A stretch of 63,693 nucleotides of DNA, filler included, from Craspedostauros australis (lineage: Eukaryota), in NCBI GenBank assembly GCA_030167865.1. It is 24 parts of 24 records of this genome, joined end to end, with 100 filler letters (N's around TTAATTAATTAA, not from the genome) between each part and the next. Parts side by side here need not be neighbours in the genome. Positions count along the whole stretch, not along the records: positions 49,902 to 51,601 come from JALAGF010002341.1; positions 51,702 to 53,202 come from JALAGF010002342.1; positions 53,303 to 55,359 come from JALAGF010002343.1; positions 55,460 to 59,976 come from JALAGF010002344.1; positions 60,077 to 62,208 come from JALAGF010002347.1; 19 more parts are not named here. One strand, given 5' to 3'. Numbering within the stretch: position 1 is the first letter of the stretch; the number at the start of each line of letters is the position of its first letter. The notes beneath the pieces are model-generated. The model was not told the DNA's origin, made no database searches, and saw only the letters and a list, made by a program, of their open reading frames with translations. The translations under genes were made by a program, and so were the position numbers. Of this stretch, positions 49,902 to 61,271 are shown one piece after another.

Positions 49902-51601
49902 CAATCCACACAAGCGTTCAGCTTCCCTGTGACATTCCATCCGTATCGTCCCGCAGTGCGAGAGATGGTGTAAGTGTCAACATGGTCTAACATTTTATGG
50001 ATTTTGTTGATGTCGATCGGTTTCTTCGTCGACACCCCGACGTTGGCTTGATCGTCGTGTGCTGGAGCGGCTATCATGTTCACGCCNNNNNNNNNNNNNN
50101 NNNNNNNNNNNNNNNNNNNNNNNNNNNNNNNNNNNNNNNNNNNNNNNNNNNNNNNNNNNNNNNNNNNNNNNNNNNNNATATCGAAACCGTTTTCGAGAGC
50201 CTTGTTGATGCTCAAGAGGTTGACCCATAGCTCAGGCACGTACTTCACCGACTTGAGGAGGATGATTGCAGTATCGCCATTCTTCTGCATGACCTTCATC
50301 CGCTTGTTCCCCACCTTGGTTGCCCTGAGGTATCGACCGCTGCCTACCTTGATGGAATGATTCGCTGTGCGCACGTTGGTCATGCCCTCGTCGTTGTTCG
50401 TGAGGTGACAGGAGGCGCCGGAATCTCCCAACCAGGTGTTGGCCTCGTGGCGGTCGGGTGCGATGGTCGACTTGCGCGTATNNNNNNNNNNNNNNNNNNN
50501 GATCACCATTGCCATTTCGTGGCCGTTGGCATCGCTGTATAGTGTTAACTCGCAGTGGGTACGATAATCACGGACGCCGTTGATGCTCGGATGGTGCATC
50601 CACATCAGCTGCTCCGATGCGATGCTGCTCATTTCTCCGATTAGCGCTTGTTGGATTGGTTGACAGCGAACGCTCTCTAGCATTCCGTTCATCCGGTATG
50701 CGTTGACACAGATGTCGAGTGCGCCTCGCACTCCGATTTGGTGCATAAAGTAGTACAGGGAGCGTGGCTCCACCCCTGTCAGTCTGAGGGTTGCGATGTC
50801 ATGCACTGCGTCGAAGCAGATGAGGGAGAGTTCGGACCGGACGTCGTTTGGTGAAAGGACGTTGCTCAGCGAGCATCGGGCGGTCTCGAACAACATTCCA
50901 CTCGTCTCATCTAGCACCTCTCTGCGTACCATCCTTTTGCCTTCGTTTCTAGGCACGGCACCTCTTGGCTCGTTGGCGAGTTGGATGAAGAAAGGAATGT
51001 TTGGGCAGTCTACGCACCATGCGTAGAGAGGCCCGCGCTTGAGGCACAATGGACACCATCCGTTGTTCATGTCGCGACGTGCTGACTCCTCGATCATGCC
51101 GTCGAGTGCGCTTGGACGGGTTGAGAGAGTATAAACCGGTTCGTTGATGGCGCGGTCGATGTTGTCGTTGTCGACTCCTGTCATCGCCATCTCCGTTACG
51201 TCTGCGTCTTCCTCATCTGTAGTTCCCTCGTGGTACTCTACGACCACATCATCGGGGTCCTCTGTTTCTACGTCAGATGAAAAGAGCTCGTCTTTGATCA
51301 TCTCCCCATCGTTGATAGGGGGCCCGTAGTATCCGTACTCTCGTGGAGAGTGCTTGGCCATATCCTNGGAAGTCCACGCTCTCTCCGCGTTGGATGTTCC
51401 GCTCTCGAAGCTGGCGGTTCCGTCGACGTCGATCGTGATGAACGCCATGTCGTCCATCATCACGTCATCATCGTGTGAAATCACACGGTCCTGTGTGGTC
51501 ACATTTCTGTCTTGGTTCGCGAATTCGGTGATTTTGTTGAGTTTTTCGCTGATCACACTTTCGTCTTCGGTCGCGTCTTCGTTGATGAACACACACATCA
51601 T
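49902..51601 (-). mobile_element. Copia polyprotein fragment: acidic spacer, Zn ribbon, extra helical domain, protease, GAG-pre-integrase start
   Basis: TWLGDSGASCHLTN, VKYVPELWVNLLSI, IHKMLDH; upstream GWCPLCLKRGPLYAWCVDC. Confidence 0.9.
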
Positions 51602-51701
51602 NNNNNNNNNNNNNNNNNNNNNNNNNNNNNNNNNNNNNNNNNNNNTTAATTAATTAANNNNNNNNNNNNNNNNNNNNNNNNNNNNNNNNNNNNNNNNNNN
51701 N

Positions 51702-53202
51702 GGCTCTCGAGCGCATCTACGAGCAACGCACTGCGCCAATGAAGGCAAAGTTGTTGGCTCAACTCAACGGGATGCGATTGAAGAAGGGCGAACACCCGGA
51801 TACCTTCCTTACCGAAATGGAGGTGATCCGTAACCGCCTCAAGCACGCGGGAGTTAACATGGACATGGAGCTGTACCACATGCTCGTGCTCAACGCTCTN
51901 NNNNNNNNNNNNNNNNNNNNNNNNNNNNNNNNNNNNNNNNNNNNNNNNNNNNNNNNNNNNNNNNNNNNNNNNNNNNNNNNNNNNNNNNNNNNNNNNNNNN
52001 NNNNNGACGCACGTCACATCAAGCAAGGAGGTAGTAAGCGCGAGAACAATAGCAAGGAAGAAATGGCACTCGCCGCCACTGGTGGCTTCAAGGGCCACTG
52101 TCGCAACTGTGGGGCCTACGGGCACAAGAAGGCTGACTGCCGCTCTGCGCCTAAGAACAAAGGTGGCAAGCCCCCAAAGAAGAACAAGAGAAGTGATACT
52201 GAGGACAAGGCTAAGTTCAACGGAAACTGCAAGTACTGCGGTAAGAAGGGACACAAGATCCTCGAGTGCTTCAAGTTGAAGGCAGCGATGAGAGCAGCCG
52301 ACGCCGCCAACGTGGCCACCGACGGTATGGACGGAACAGACGACGTCGCCCTCGTGATGGTCGAGGAACCAATGTGGCTACCCGAAGACGCCGCGGCAGA
52401 CAACGCCGCGTTCGTCGTGGTAGACGAACCCATGTGGATGCCCGCCAGCGACGAAGAAGACGATATCGATCTCGTGATGACCGATGAATCCATGTGGTTG
52501 CCCGACGAAGACAAGTTGGCCAACAACGAAGAATTGGTGTGTTTCCCCATCGACGAGCTCGAAAACGACCCCGTTGAGGTCAAAAATGTGACCAACCCAA
52601 GAATCGTGACAATCGACGAAATCACGAACATCAAGAAAAACCAAACAACCAACACCACCGACATGGCGCACTACGAGTCGTTCATCGACGACATGGCCCT
52701 CGCAACCACCGACGAAGACATGACCGGACTCGACCTCGAAGAAGAGATCGAGTACTCCGAAGAGGAACGAGAGGCTCACACCCCGAGTGTGTACGGATAC
52801 TACGGACCCCCAGTTGCTGCAGTTGAGACCATCAACCGCGAGCACTTTCCATCAAGCGACGAAGACGATTACACCGACGAAGACAACCTCTTCGACGGGA
52901 TCGTCTACGAGGATGAACCCCTCAACGTCGGAGACATCATGGAGAATGAAGTNGCGATGCCTGGAGTCGACCATCGNGTCACCTCCACCATCTACTCTCG
53001 AACCGAACCAAGGACTCTNGTCGATCGAATGATCGAAGAGTCGTCCCGCAATGGAGGGAGCACCGCAGGATGGTGCCCGCTGTGTTTTCAGCGCGGCCCT
53101 CTCTACGCCATGTGCAAAACCTGCCGTAACTCGCCGTTCCTCATTCAACTGGCAAACCCCCCTGCAAGGGCGGCGCCAACAACGATCCAAGACATCATGA
53201 CG
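51702..53202 (+). mobile_element. Copia Gag with two CCHC zinc knuckles, followed by an acidic repeat region and Zn ribbon
   Basis: GEHPDTFLTEMEVIRNRL (Copia gag), CRNCGAYGHKKADC, CKYCGKKGHKILEC, GWCPLCFQRGPLYAMCKTC. Confidence 0.9.
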
Positions 53203-53303
53203 NNNNNNNNNNNNNNNNNNNNNNNNNNNNNNNNNNNNNNNNNNNNTTAATTAATTAANNNNNNNNNNNNNNNNNNNNNNNNNNNNNNNNNNNNNNNNNN
53301 NNA

Positions 53304-55359
53304 TTCTACCAAGATGACTACCTCTACATCTGCGGCCGCAAGAAGGACATCATCATCGTCAACGGTGTCAACTACTACCCGCAAGACATCGAGCAGGCCG
53401 TCGAGGAGGCATCATCCGCTGTCCGTCCAGGCTGCGTCGCTGCCTTCTCGTCCGACGATTCGGGAAATGACGGACAGCTCGAGATCGTCTTTGAGATTCG
53501 AGCGAGCCGTGCGGAGGATGCAGGATCGGTGAGTCGGGAGGTCAGAAAGGCCGTGATCGAACACATCGGGTTGACACCAGCAACAATCGCAGCCGTCAAA
53601 GAACGCACCATCTCCAAAACAACAAGCGGGAAGATCCAGAGACGCCAAAATCGACAACGCCTGCATGATGGAGCGCAGAAGGTGGTGCTTGACGTGATCG
53701 AAAAGTCACACTTCTTCAGTACGCACGATACCAACCTCGCAAGCCAATCCAAGCGCCTGTCGTCGAGGAAATCCATCATCGAAGACTTCGATATCAGAGA
53801 CATGGACTTCTACGAGCTTGTGAAGAGGTGCATCGGTTCTGATGTGAAGGCCGAAGACACGTGGAAGGATGTTGGACTGTCATCCTTGATGGAGCTGGAG
53901 CTGCGACAGTCTTTTTCAACACGGTACAGCGCCACCCTCTCTCCAAACTGCTTCGAGCTCTTTCCAATGGTCGGTGACCTGAAGACGGTCCTTGAGGCAA
54001 CAGCGGGGAAGCCTCTGCCAAGGAACCTCTCAACCCTCAGGAGGCTCGCCACCGTCCCACACGAGAGGCCACTGTCCCAAGCAACCGTCGCTGTCATCCA
54101 GGCCATCGGTGCGCTCGCCATACTCTTCATCTTCGCACTCCCCATTATCCCAGCATACGAAGTTGGAAATGCGATCGCCGATTCCACGGTCCTCTCCGAC
54201 CATGAGTGGGTGCTTTTCCCTCTGATCGTCCCAGTCTGGGCCACCGCGTTCACCTTCGTGATCATTGTCTCGAAGTGGATCGCCATTGGCCGATACAGAG
54301 AGGGGTATACCAATCAAACAAACATCTACTTTATCAGATGGTGGTTCGTGGACAGGCTCGTGCATCTTTGGGAAAACTTCGTCGGACGCTTCATCGTGGG
54401 CACGCCTTTGATGACGTTGTTCTGCTACTTGATGGGCGCTGATGTTCATCGGTCTTGCAACATTTCCTCCTTCATTCGGGAGTTCGATCTGGCGAAGGTC
54501 GATGCCAATGCCTTGGTGTGCAAGCCAATCCGCTGTCGAATGTTCGGACCATGGAAAGATGAAGAAGGTCCCAGCTTGCGGTTCCGCAAGATCCAGGTGG
54601 GACCGAATGCCATGATCATGGGAATTCTCAGCCCAGGCGTCAAGGTCGGTTCCAATTGCCATGTGCAGCACATTTCTGTGCTGGCTGAGGGCGCCCAAGC
54701 ACCATCCAGCACTGTCATCAGAGGCAATCCTGGATATATCAAAAGCACAACATTTGCAACAGCAAAAGCGACATCGTCACAAAACAGCAACAGCGTCAGT
54801 GTTGACCGCGGTGATAGCGACAGCTACCGTAACGGCGACGATCCGCAACAAGCAGTTGCAAGTACAGAGATCGACATAGACGAAAGCGCAATGTCAAGAA
54901 ACGATGCCAGATGGATCATCCTGGGTGGTATGAAGATGACATGGCTGCTTGTCGAGATATACATAACCTTCTGCTGCTTCCTGATTTCTAATATCTTGGT
55001 CCGAGATCATCTTCCAGACTGGAGATATTCCAAACTGCAATATTGGATTATATCCATCGGTCTAACATCAGTACTGCTGATGATATCCAGCATCATGCTC
55101 AAGTGGGTGATGATCGGCAAGAAAAGGCCAGGCAAAGCGAGGGCGGGCATCTTGAGTGAATTCACTGATTGGGCATGCGACTACCACTTCAACCTGGCAT
55201 GTCTGATGCTCGACGGACCGACGCACAATTCGATCATCTGGACTCTGGTCCAAATGGCTCATGGACTGGACATCGATCTGCGATCAAAAGTCTTCTGCGA
55301 CAGCTTCCACCCATCGAAAGTCGACCTCATCACCATTCGACGATCCTTCGTTTCCAAGG
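53304..55359 (+). CDS. FAAL(C-terminal subdomain)-ACP-Pls-type membrane NRPS-like protein, version 1 (both ends cut by linkers)
   Basis: frame from 53304: LYICGRKKDIIIVNGVNYYPQDIE...RPGCVAAF...KTTSGKIQR; carrier-domain GLSSL at 53874; KWIAIGRYREG...RWW...GTPL...LMGA...EFDL; KWVMIGKKRPG. Confidence 0.85.
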
Positions 55360-55460
55360 NNNNNNNNNNNNNNNNNNNNNNNNNNNNNNNNNNNNNNNNN
55401 NNNTTAATTAATTAANNNNNNNNNNNNNNNNNNNNNNNNNNNNNNNNNNNNNNNNNNNNA

Positions 55461-58397
55461 TTCTACCAAGATGACTACCTCTACATCTGCGGCCGCAAGA
55501 AGGACATCATCATCGTCAACGGTGTCAACTACTACCCGCAAGACATCGAGCAGGCCGTCGAGGAGGCATCATCCGCTGTCCGTCCAGGCTGCGTCGCTGC
55601 CTTCTCGTCCGACGATTCGGGAAATGACGGACAGCTCGAGATCGTCTTTGAGATTCGAGCGAGCCGTGCGGAGGATGCAGGATCGGTGAGTCGGGAGGTC
55701 AGAAAGGCCGTGATCGAACACATCGGGTTGACACCAGCAACAATCGCAGCCGTCAAAGAACGCACCATCTCCAAAACAACAAGCGGGAAGATCCAGAGAC
55801 GCCAAAATCGACAACGCCTGCATGATGGAGCGCAGAAGGTGGTGCTTGACGTGATCGAAAAGTCACACTTCTTCAGTACGCACGATACCAACCTCGCAAG
55901 CCAATCCAAGCGCCTGTCGTCGAGGAAATCCATCATCGAAGACTTCGATATCAGAGACATGGACTTCTACGAGCTTGTGAAGAGGTGCATCGGTTCTGAT
56001 GTGAAGGCCGAAGACACGTGGAAGGATGTTGGACTGTCATCCTTGATGGAGCTGGAGCTGCGACAGTCTCTTTCAACACGGTACAGCGCCACCCTCCCTC
56101 CAAACTGCTTCGATCTCTTTCCAATGGTCGGTGACCTGAAGACGGTTCTTGAGGCAACAGCGGGGAAGCCTCTGCCAAGGAACCTCTCAACTCTCAGGAG
56201 GCTCGCCACCATCCCAAATGAGAAGCCATTGTCTCGGTTGGCAACCACACTCATCCAACTTGTTGGCGTGCTCGCCATCCTCTTCATCTTCGCACTTCCC
56301 GTCGTGCCTGCCTACGAGATTGGGAAGTTTTTGGCCAACAACGATCACACGCGCGTCGTCTTCTTCATCGATCTCACTCCATACGTCTGGGTCTTCTATC
56401 CGTTGATTATCCCAGTGTGGGTCGCTTCCTTCACACTGGAAATCATACTCGTAAAGTGGATCGTCATTGGGCGGTACAGGGAAGGGCACACCAACCAGGC
56501 CAGCCTTTACTTCCTTCGATGGTGGTTCGTCGATCGATTGCTACATCTTTGGGAACATTTCGTCAGCCGTTTCATCGTGGGCACGCCTTTGATGACGTTG
56601 TTCTGCTACTTGATGGGCGCTAATGTTCATCGGTCATCCAACATCGACGCGACCGTTCGTGAGTTTGATCTGGTGAAGATTGGTTCTCATGCAACTGTGA
56701 GTGAACCCATTCGATGCCGAATGTTCGGTCCTTTGAGAGATGATAGCCAAGGTCCCAGCTTGAGGTTTCGGAAGATCCAAGTCGGTTCGGACACAACCAT
56801 CAAGGGCATGCTCTGCCCTGGTGTCAAGGTTGGTTCCAATTGCCAAGTGCAACGCATCTCGGTTCTTGCTGAAGGTGCACAAGCACCATCAAACATCACA
56901 ATCAGCGGCAACCCAGGTTTCATCGACGCCACCGGAGCAGCCAACATACTGGACGGTGAAGGGTCGGGCAGGGAGCCGCCAGATGCATCTGCAAAGCATA
57001 GGATCAGCAGGAGCAGATGGATCTTGTTGGGAACGCTGAAGCTGGCATGGTTGGTTTTCGAGCTTCACTTCGCATTTGCCTGTTTTCTTGTGATCGACAT
57101 ACAGGTCGGTAGCGAGCTGCCGAGCTGGAGGTACGCCAAGTTGCTATACCGGCTGCTTATGATTGGATTGGTGTCCAGCTTCTTTGTCGTCTCCACGATC
57201 ATCCTGAAATGGGCGATGATTGGCAAGAAACGACCGGGTCCAGCACGGATGGGAGTGCTGTCGGAGTTTGCCGACTGGGCATGTGACTTTCACTACAGCT
57301 TGGGAGGAGCGACGCTGTATGGACTGACTTTCAATTCACCAGTGTGGAACCTCATCCTCATGGCTTCCGGGATGGATATCGACATGCGATCAAAGATAGC
57401 AGCAGACAGCTTCTGCCCTTCCAAGCTGGACCTCGTCGCCGTCAACGGATCCTTCGTGTCGAAAGCTTCCTTTGATATTGAACAGAATGGAGAATACAAG
57501 CCAATCAGGATCGAAGACAGCAGCATTGGCGCGATGGTGGCATATCGTCCTGGCGTGATCATCCGCAGAACATTGGTCTCCCCGGCCACAACTATCACCA
57601 ACGACCTAATTCACGATCACGACGACCCACGAAACAAGCGCCCCACAAGTTGGGAGTTCCTCCAGACTACATTCATCACCACATTGCTGTACGCCATCAT
57701 GTTCCTCGTGGTGGCCGCCAGCTTCATCCCGGCGTTCGAGCTGTGGATGTATGCCATCAAGCCACAGACTCCATTGGCCGCAGTCCCTACTTTGGTGATA
57801 GGCATCATCGTCCAGACCATCATTTGGCTCATAATCTTGCGGATTGTTGAGTTCATCACCTTGGCCGGAGGGAGGCAGCGCTCTGAACCATGGTGCGTCC
57901 CGCTCTACATGGTATACCAATCCTTGTGTTACTCCATTCATATCTGGTCGTTTGTGTCCACCCTTTGGGGCACACCGATGATGAATGCAGTACTCCGATT
58001 CCAAGGTGCGGATATCCAGGGAAGGCTGCTGTATTTTGGATTCCGAGTCTACGAACCCTCGCTTGTGACATTTGCAGGTGGAACTGTCATCGACGAGGCA
58101 AACATTTCGGGGCATTACGGCGTATTCTCGACACTGACATTGGGAGAGTGCTTTGCGGACGGCGTCATGCACCAACAAGCATTTGTTCTGGCGAGGAGGG
58201 AACCAACGCAACCAGGCGGAAGCCTGATTGAGCATCGTCCAGGGAAGATGGTTGGTGACGATCAAGCACCGTGCACGGAACAACTGCAATCACCGTCCAT
58301 CTTGGTGCTGGTCGAAGAAGGCCGCAGGTCAACTGACCCAGGAGCTGCGCTCGATCGTTGTACTATGCAAGATCTGGACACCACTGCACGATCATGA
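55461..58397 (+). CDS. FAAL(C-terminal subdomain)-ACP-Pls-type membrane NRPS-like protein, version 2 (5' cut, 3' complete)
   Basis: same adenylation and ACP motifs, then three TM-pair/beta-rich repeats (KWIVIGRYREG; KWAMIGKKRPG; GTPMMNAVLRFQGADIQG...EPSLV) as in epsilon-poly-L-lysine synthetase C1-C3; no intron in this part. Confidence 0.88.
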   Translation, partial: FYQDDYLYICGRKKDIIIVNGVNYYPQDIEQAVEEASSAVRPGCVAAFSSDDSGNDGQLEIVFEIRASRAEDAGSVSREVRKAVIEHIGLTPATIAAVKERTISKTTSGKIQRRQNRQRLHDGAQKVVLDVIEKSHFFSTHDTNLASQSKRLSSRKSIIEDFDIRDMDFYELVKRCIGSDVKAEDTWKDVGLSSLMELELRQSLSTRYSATLPPNCFDLFPMVGDLKTVLEATAGKPLPRNLSTLRRLATIPNEKPLSRLATTLIQLVGVLAILFIFALPVVPAYEIGKFLANNDHTRVVFFIDLTPYVWVFYPLIIPVWVASFTLEIILVKWIVIGRYREGHTNQASLYFLRWWFVDRLLHLWEHFVSRFIVGTPLMTLFCYLMGANVHRSSNIDATVREFDLVKIGSHATVSEPIRCRMFGPLRDDSQGPSLRFRKIQVGSDTTIKGMLCPGVKVGSNCQVQRISVLAEGAQAPSNITISGNPGFIDATGAANILDGEGSGREPPDASAKHRISRSRWILLGTLKLAWLVFELHFAFACFLVIDIQVGSELPSWRYAKLLYRLLMIGLVSSFFVVSTIILKWAMIGKKRPGPARMGVLSEFADWACDFHYSLGGATLYGLTFNSPVWNLILMASGMDIDMRSKIAADSFCPSKLDLVAVNGSFVSKASFDIEQNGEYKPIRIEDSSIGAMVAYRPGVIIRRTLVSPATTITNDLIHDHDDPRNKRPTSWEFLQTTFITTLLYAIMFLVVAASFIPAFELWMYAIKPQTPLAAVPTLVIGIIVQTIIWLIILRIVEFITLAGGRQRSEPWCVPLYMVYQSLCYSIHIWSFVSTLWGTPMMNAVLRFQGADIQGRLLYFGFRVYEPSLVTFAGGTVIDEANISGHYGVFSTLTLGECFADGVMHQQAFVLARREPTQPGGSLIEHRPGKMVGDDQAPCTEQLQSPSILVLVEEGRRSTDPGAALDRCTMQDLDTTARS

Positions 58398-58600
58398 ACG
58401 ATTCGATCAGATTCAGGCGGTCATTAATACTACTCAAAAGAGTAGGTTTTAATGCCTCTCTACTTCTCCAACTCTCTTCAATCAATACTTTCAGTTTCGA
58501 ACATTTAAACCGCTCTGCTACCAACAGCAACTCTTGCAAATCGTCTCCGTCGACCATCTCACCAGCCTTGATGAATGACATATCGCCGAAGTACGATAGA
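58363..58600 (-). pseudogene. BTB/POZ-like fragment
   Basis: YLSYFGD...LQELLLVAERFKCSKLKVLIE resembles the C-terminal helices of BTB; no upstream part seen. Confidence 0.4.
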
Positions 58601-58825
58601 TATCAGTAAGGAAATTTTCGGGACTTAGGACCCACTCGAGTGAACGAAGGTGCAGTCGTGCCTGATCGTGACTTAAACTGTAACAAAATAAGTACATATT
58701 CGGAATCTACGCAAAATTCTGTCGAGGGATATTTAATTTAAAAATCGGCAGAGTTTGTTGGAAATCCGGGGTTATTGTTAGTACTGTAGTCTAATCCGCT
58801 GTTAGAAACTGTACCGTTTTAGAAC

Positions 58826-59424
58826 TGTGAGCACAATCTCACTTTCTCTTCCGATTTCATTCTTCATGATAGGCATCTGTCGCGGTGGCGACACAGGGCG
58901 TCCTGTTGTTCCTAGGTGCTTCTCTCCCCATTCATCATGCTCTGTTCTTGCTTCCTTGTCTTGGCATTGTTGTTGCTTGCCTCTGCATCGTCGTAGATGT
59001 CTACGCTCGCATGGTAGGGGTCTGCAGTCCTGAGCACTTGCCTATCACATGTCTCCGTTGTTGATCTCATGACACCATCGTTCCACGATCGATGTCAACC
59101 TTGGTGATGTTCCAAACCTGCGGATGTTCTGATCCTTTCTGATGTTCCAAACCTGCGGATGTTCTTGTCCGCAGGAGGGGCGCGTGCTGTCCTCTGAAGG
59201 GGGTGCGTCACTTACCCATTGGCCTGCTGTTCTGGTCGACGTCGTCGTCTGGATGGTTGCCATGGTTGGTTTGGTATTGGGACCTCCTGATCCGCCAAAG
59301 GTGTCGTCCTTGCGTTACTGGAGGACAGGCTATCTTCCTCACGGTAGTACAGGTATCAATCGCGTCCGTACCCTTAGTCATAGTCACAATGACATGGCAT
59401 ATAAAGGCGTGACAAATAGTCTCA
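58826..59424. mobile_element. Possible solo LTR (~600 bp)
   Basis: TG...CA ends flanked by GAAC on both sides (candidate 4-bp TSD); internal duplication of TGATGTTCCAAACCTGCGGATGTTCT at about 59105-59165. Confidence 0.35.
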
Positions 59425-60076
59425 GAACATGTGACGAATAATATTCAAAGCTGTGATGAATAATGTTGGAAGGTGCGGCAATCACGGGTATTCCAACAAA
59501 GTCGTACCCTCGTTTCCTAACAGTTCGCCACCATCAGATCGCCTACGCAATTTGTGCTGCGGAAGGAGGTGACGAATTTGTGACGGAGCGCAAGGGACTG
59601 AACATGAACGTGCGGAAACAAACGTTCACCGAAACTGACAAGGACGGCAATGAGATCGGTGTGACTGTGTCTCACACGGACTTCACGTTGGAGGAGGAGG
59701 AGGATGTCGAAATGTGTGACATCAGTAATTCCCGATTGTACGGGACTGAACCAAAATAGAGTACAGAAACAACAAATACCCCCCTACCGTTAACGTGGCA
59801 AGCGCATGATCGATCACTCCTGAGCGTTACAGGAGCACGTTACTTTTGGGACTACGGGGAATTTCGACAGGAGGAGGATGAGGCAACCAACGATGCTTCC
59901 AAGAAACCAACTGCAACAGGCAAGAAAGGCAAACCAGCTGGCTTCAAATACGCCAAGCCCGACATCAAAGGTATGTNNNNNNNNNNNNNNNNNNNNNNNN
60001 NNNNNNNNNNNNNNNNNNNNTTAATTAATTAANNNNNNNNNNNNNNNNNNNNNNNNNNNNNNNNNNNNNNNNNNNN

Positions 60077-60521
60077 CGAGGGCTGACTTGCCGCTTCCGG
60101 ACTGGCCAGAAATCAGCACCAATGATCGGATCTGATTTTGAGCGGCAGATGCTATGGTTGTATTTGGCACCGGCGGCGAGGGTGTTGGCGAGTCCTTCGT
60201 CTGCGTATTGTTGCTGTTGCTGCTGGCGGCGTCTTCGGTGCTGCTGCTTGCGGTGGCGAGAATGGCGGCACGAACATTGTCTTGAATTTGGTTGATGATT
60301 TGGGTTGGATCCTTCGGGAGGCTGGCCAAGGGTCCATGGTGTGAGGATGAATTCGATTGTTTCTTTGGCTGGCTTCGGATTGCGTTGAGCAACACACGGA
60401 CTTCTTTGTCACGTCCAACCAGACCAACCTTGTCGAATGCGAGGCGTGGTGGGAGCTTATTTGCGGGTGTTGGTGCTGTGCTCGTGGGTGTCATCGTTTC
60501 CATCGCTGTGGTTGCCATCAT
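60077..60521 (-). CDS. AAA_16/STAND-like P-loop ATPase, N-terminal fragment
   Basis: LVGRDKEVRVL and LVLISGQSGSGKSAL (Walker A); 3' end cut by linker. Confidence 0.8.
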
Positions 60522-60894
60522 GGTGATCTCTTGGAATCGGATCGCTTTTTTATGACTGAAGAGAAGGGAGCATGAGCAAAAATGGGATGGGCATGTGTTG
60601 TTGTGCTCATCTTGTCAGACGAAGATCCACCTGGCGTGATGCAGACGTCGTGCAGAAGGGAGATCCTTGGCGTAGGTACCAGCAATGGCCCGTCCGGGCC
60701 GGCCTCTTTGCCGAAACCAAAGAGGAGGATTCAACCATGCGGTCCCCGTTTTCTGATGTTGCTCGGCCCTTGTCCCGTCTAAGTTTTTCGTGATTGTTCC
60801 TCTTTTGATGCGAAATAGCTTCAATAGCTTGTGCAACAAGTGTCTTTCACGATCATGCTCACCCATGGGCGACTGAATCATTTCGAAGCTATCA

Positions 60895-61271
60895 TGTCAA
60901 AGACACAATCAGAGGAGGCTTTTGAACCCGTAAAGACATCTTCCTCCACGTACAGGTTGGTGCGCCGCACCTTTCTCAGATTTCCAAATGGAGGATGACC
61001 GCATGAAGCTGTGATGGTTTGGAGGCAGAATAGAAAAGTCTGCTCACTGGGGCGTCTGCATCCATGATTTTCGGGGACAAGCGAAGCCCACTCACAAAGG
61101 CGATACCTGCGGCTGTGCGCATCCACGAGCCAAAAGCGAAGAGAGCGAAACGGGAACAGGGATGGAAACTGCACAGGTACAGATACAACATGAGGCCATG
61201 GACATCCGAAAGCAGGACACTCTTCAGAGTTTCCTTGTAATCGTATTAGTCCAATTTGACATTTCCCCCCC
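60895..61271 (-). mobile_element. 367-bp 3' LTR (60895-61261) with adjacent polypurine tract
   Basis: perfect 7-bp terminal inverted repeat TGTCAAA...TTTGACA; minus-strand GGGGGGGAAA immediately precedes it. Confidence 0.75.

Noticed and set aside
59463..59976. 98-aa ORF with a coding-like continuation after a TAG
   Set aside because: No family recognised; possibly a pseudogene fragment, but too weak to call.
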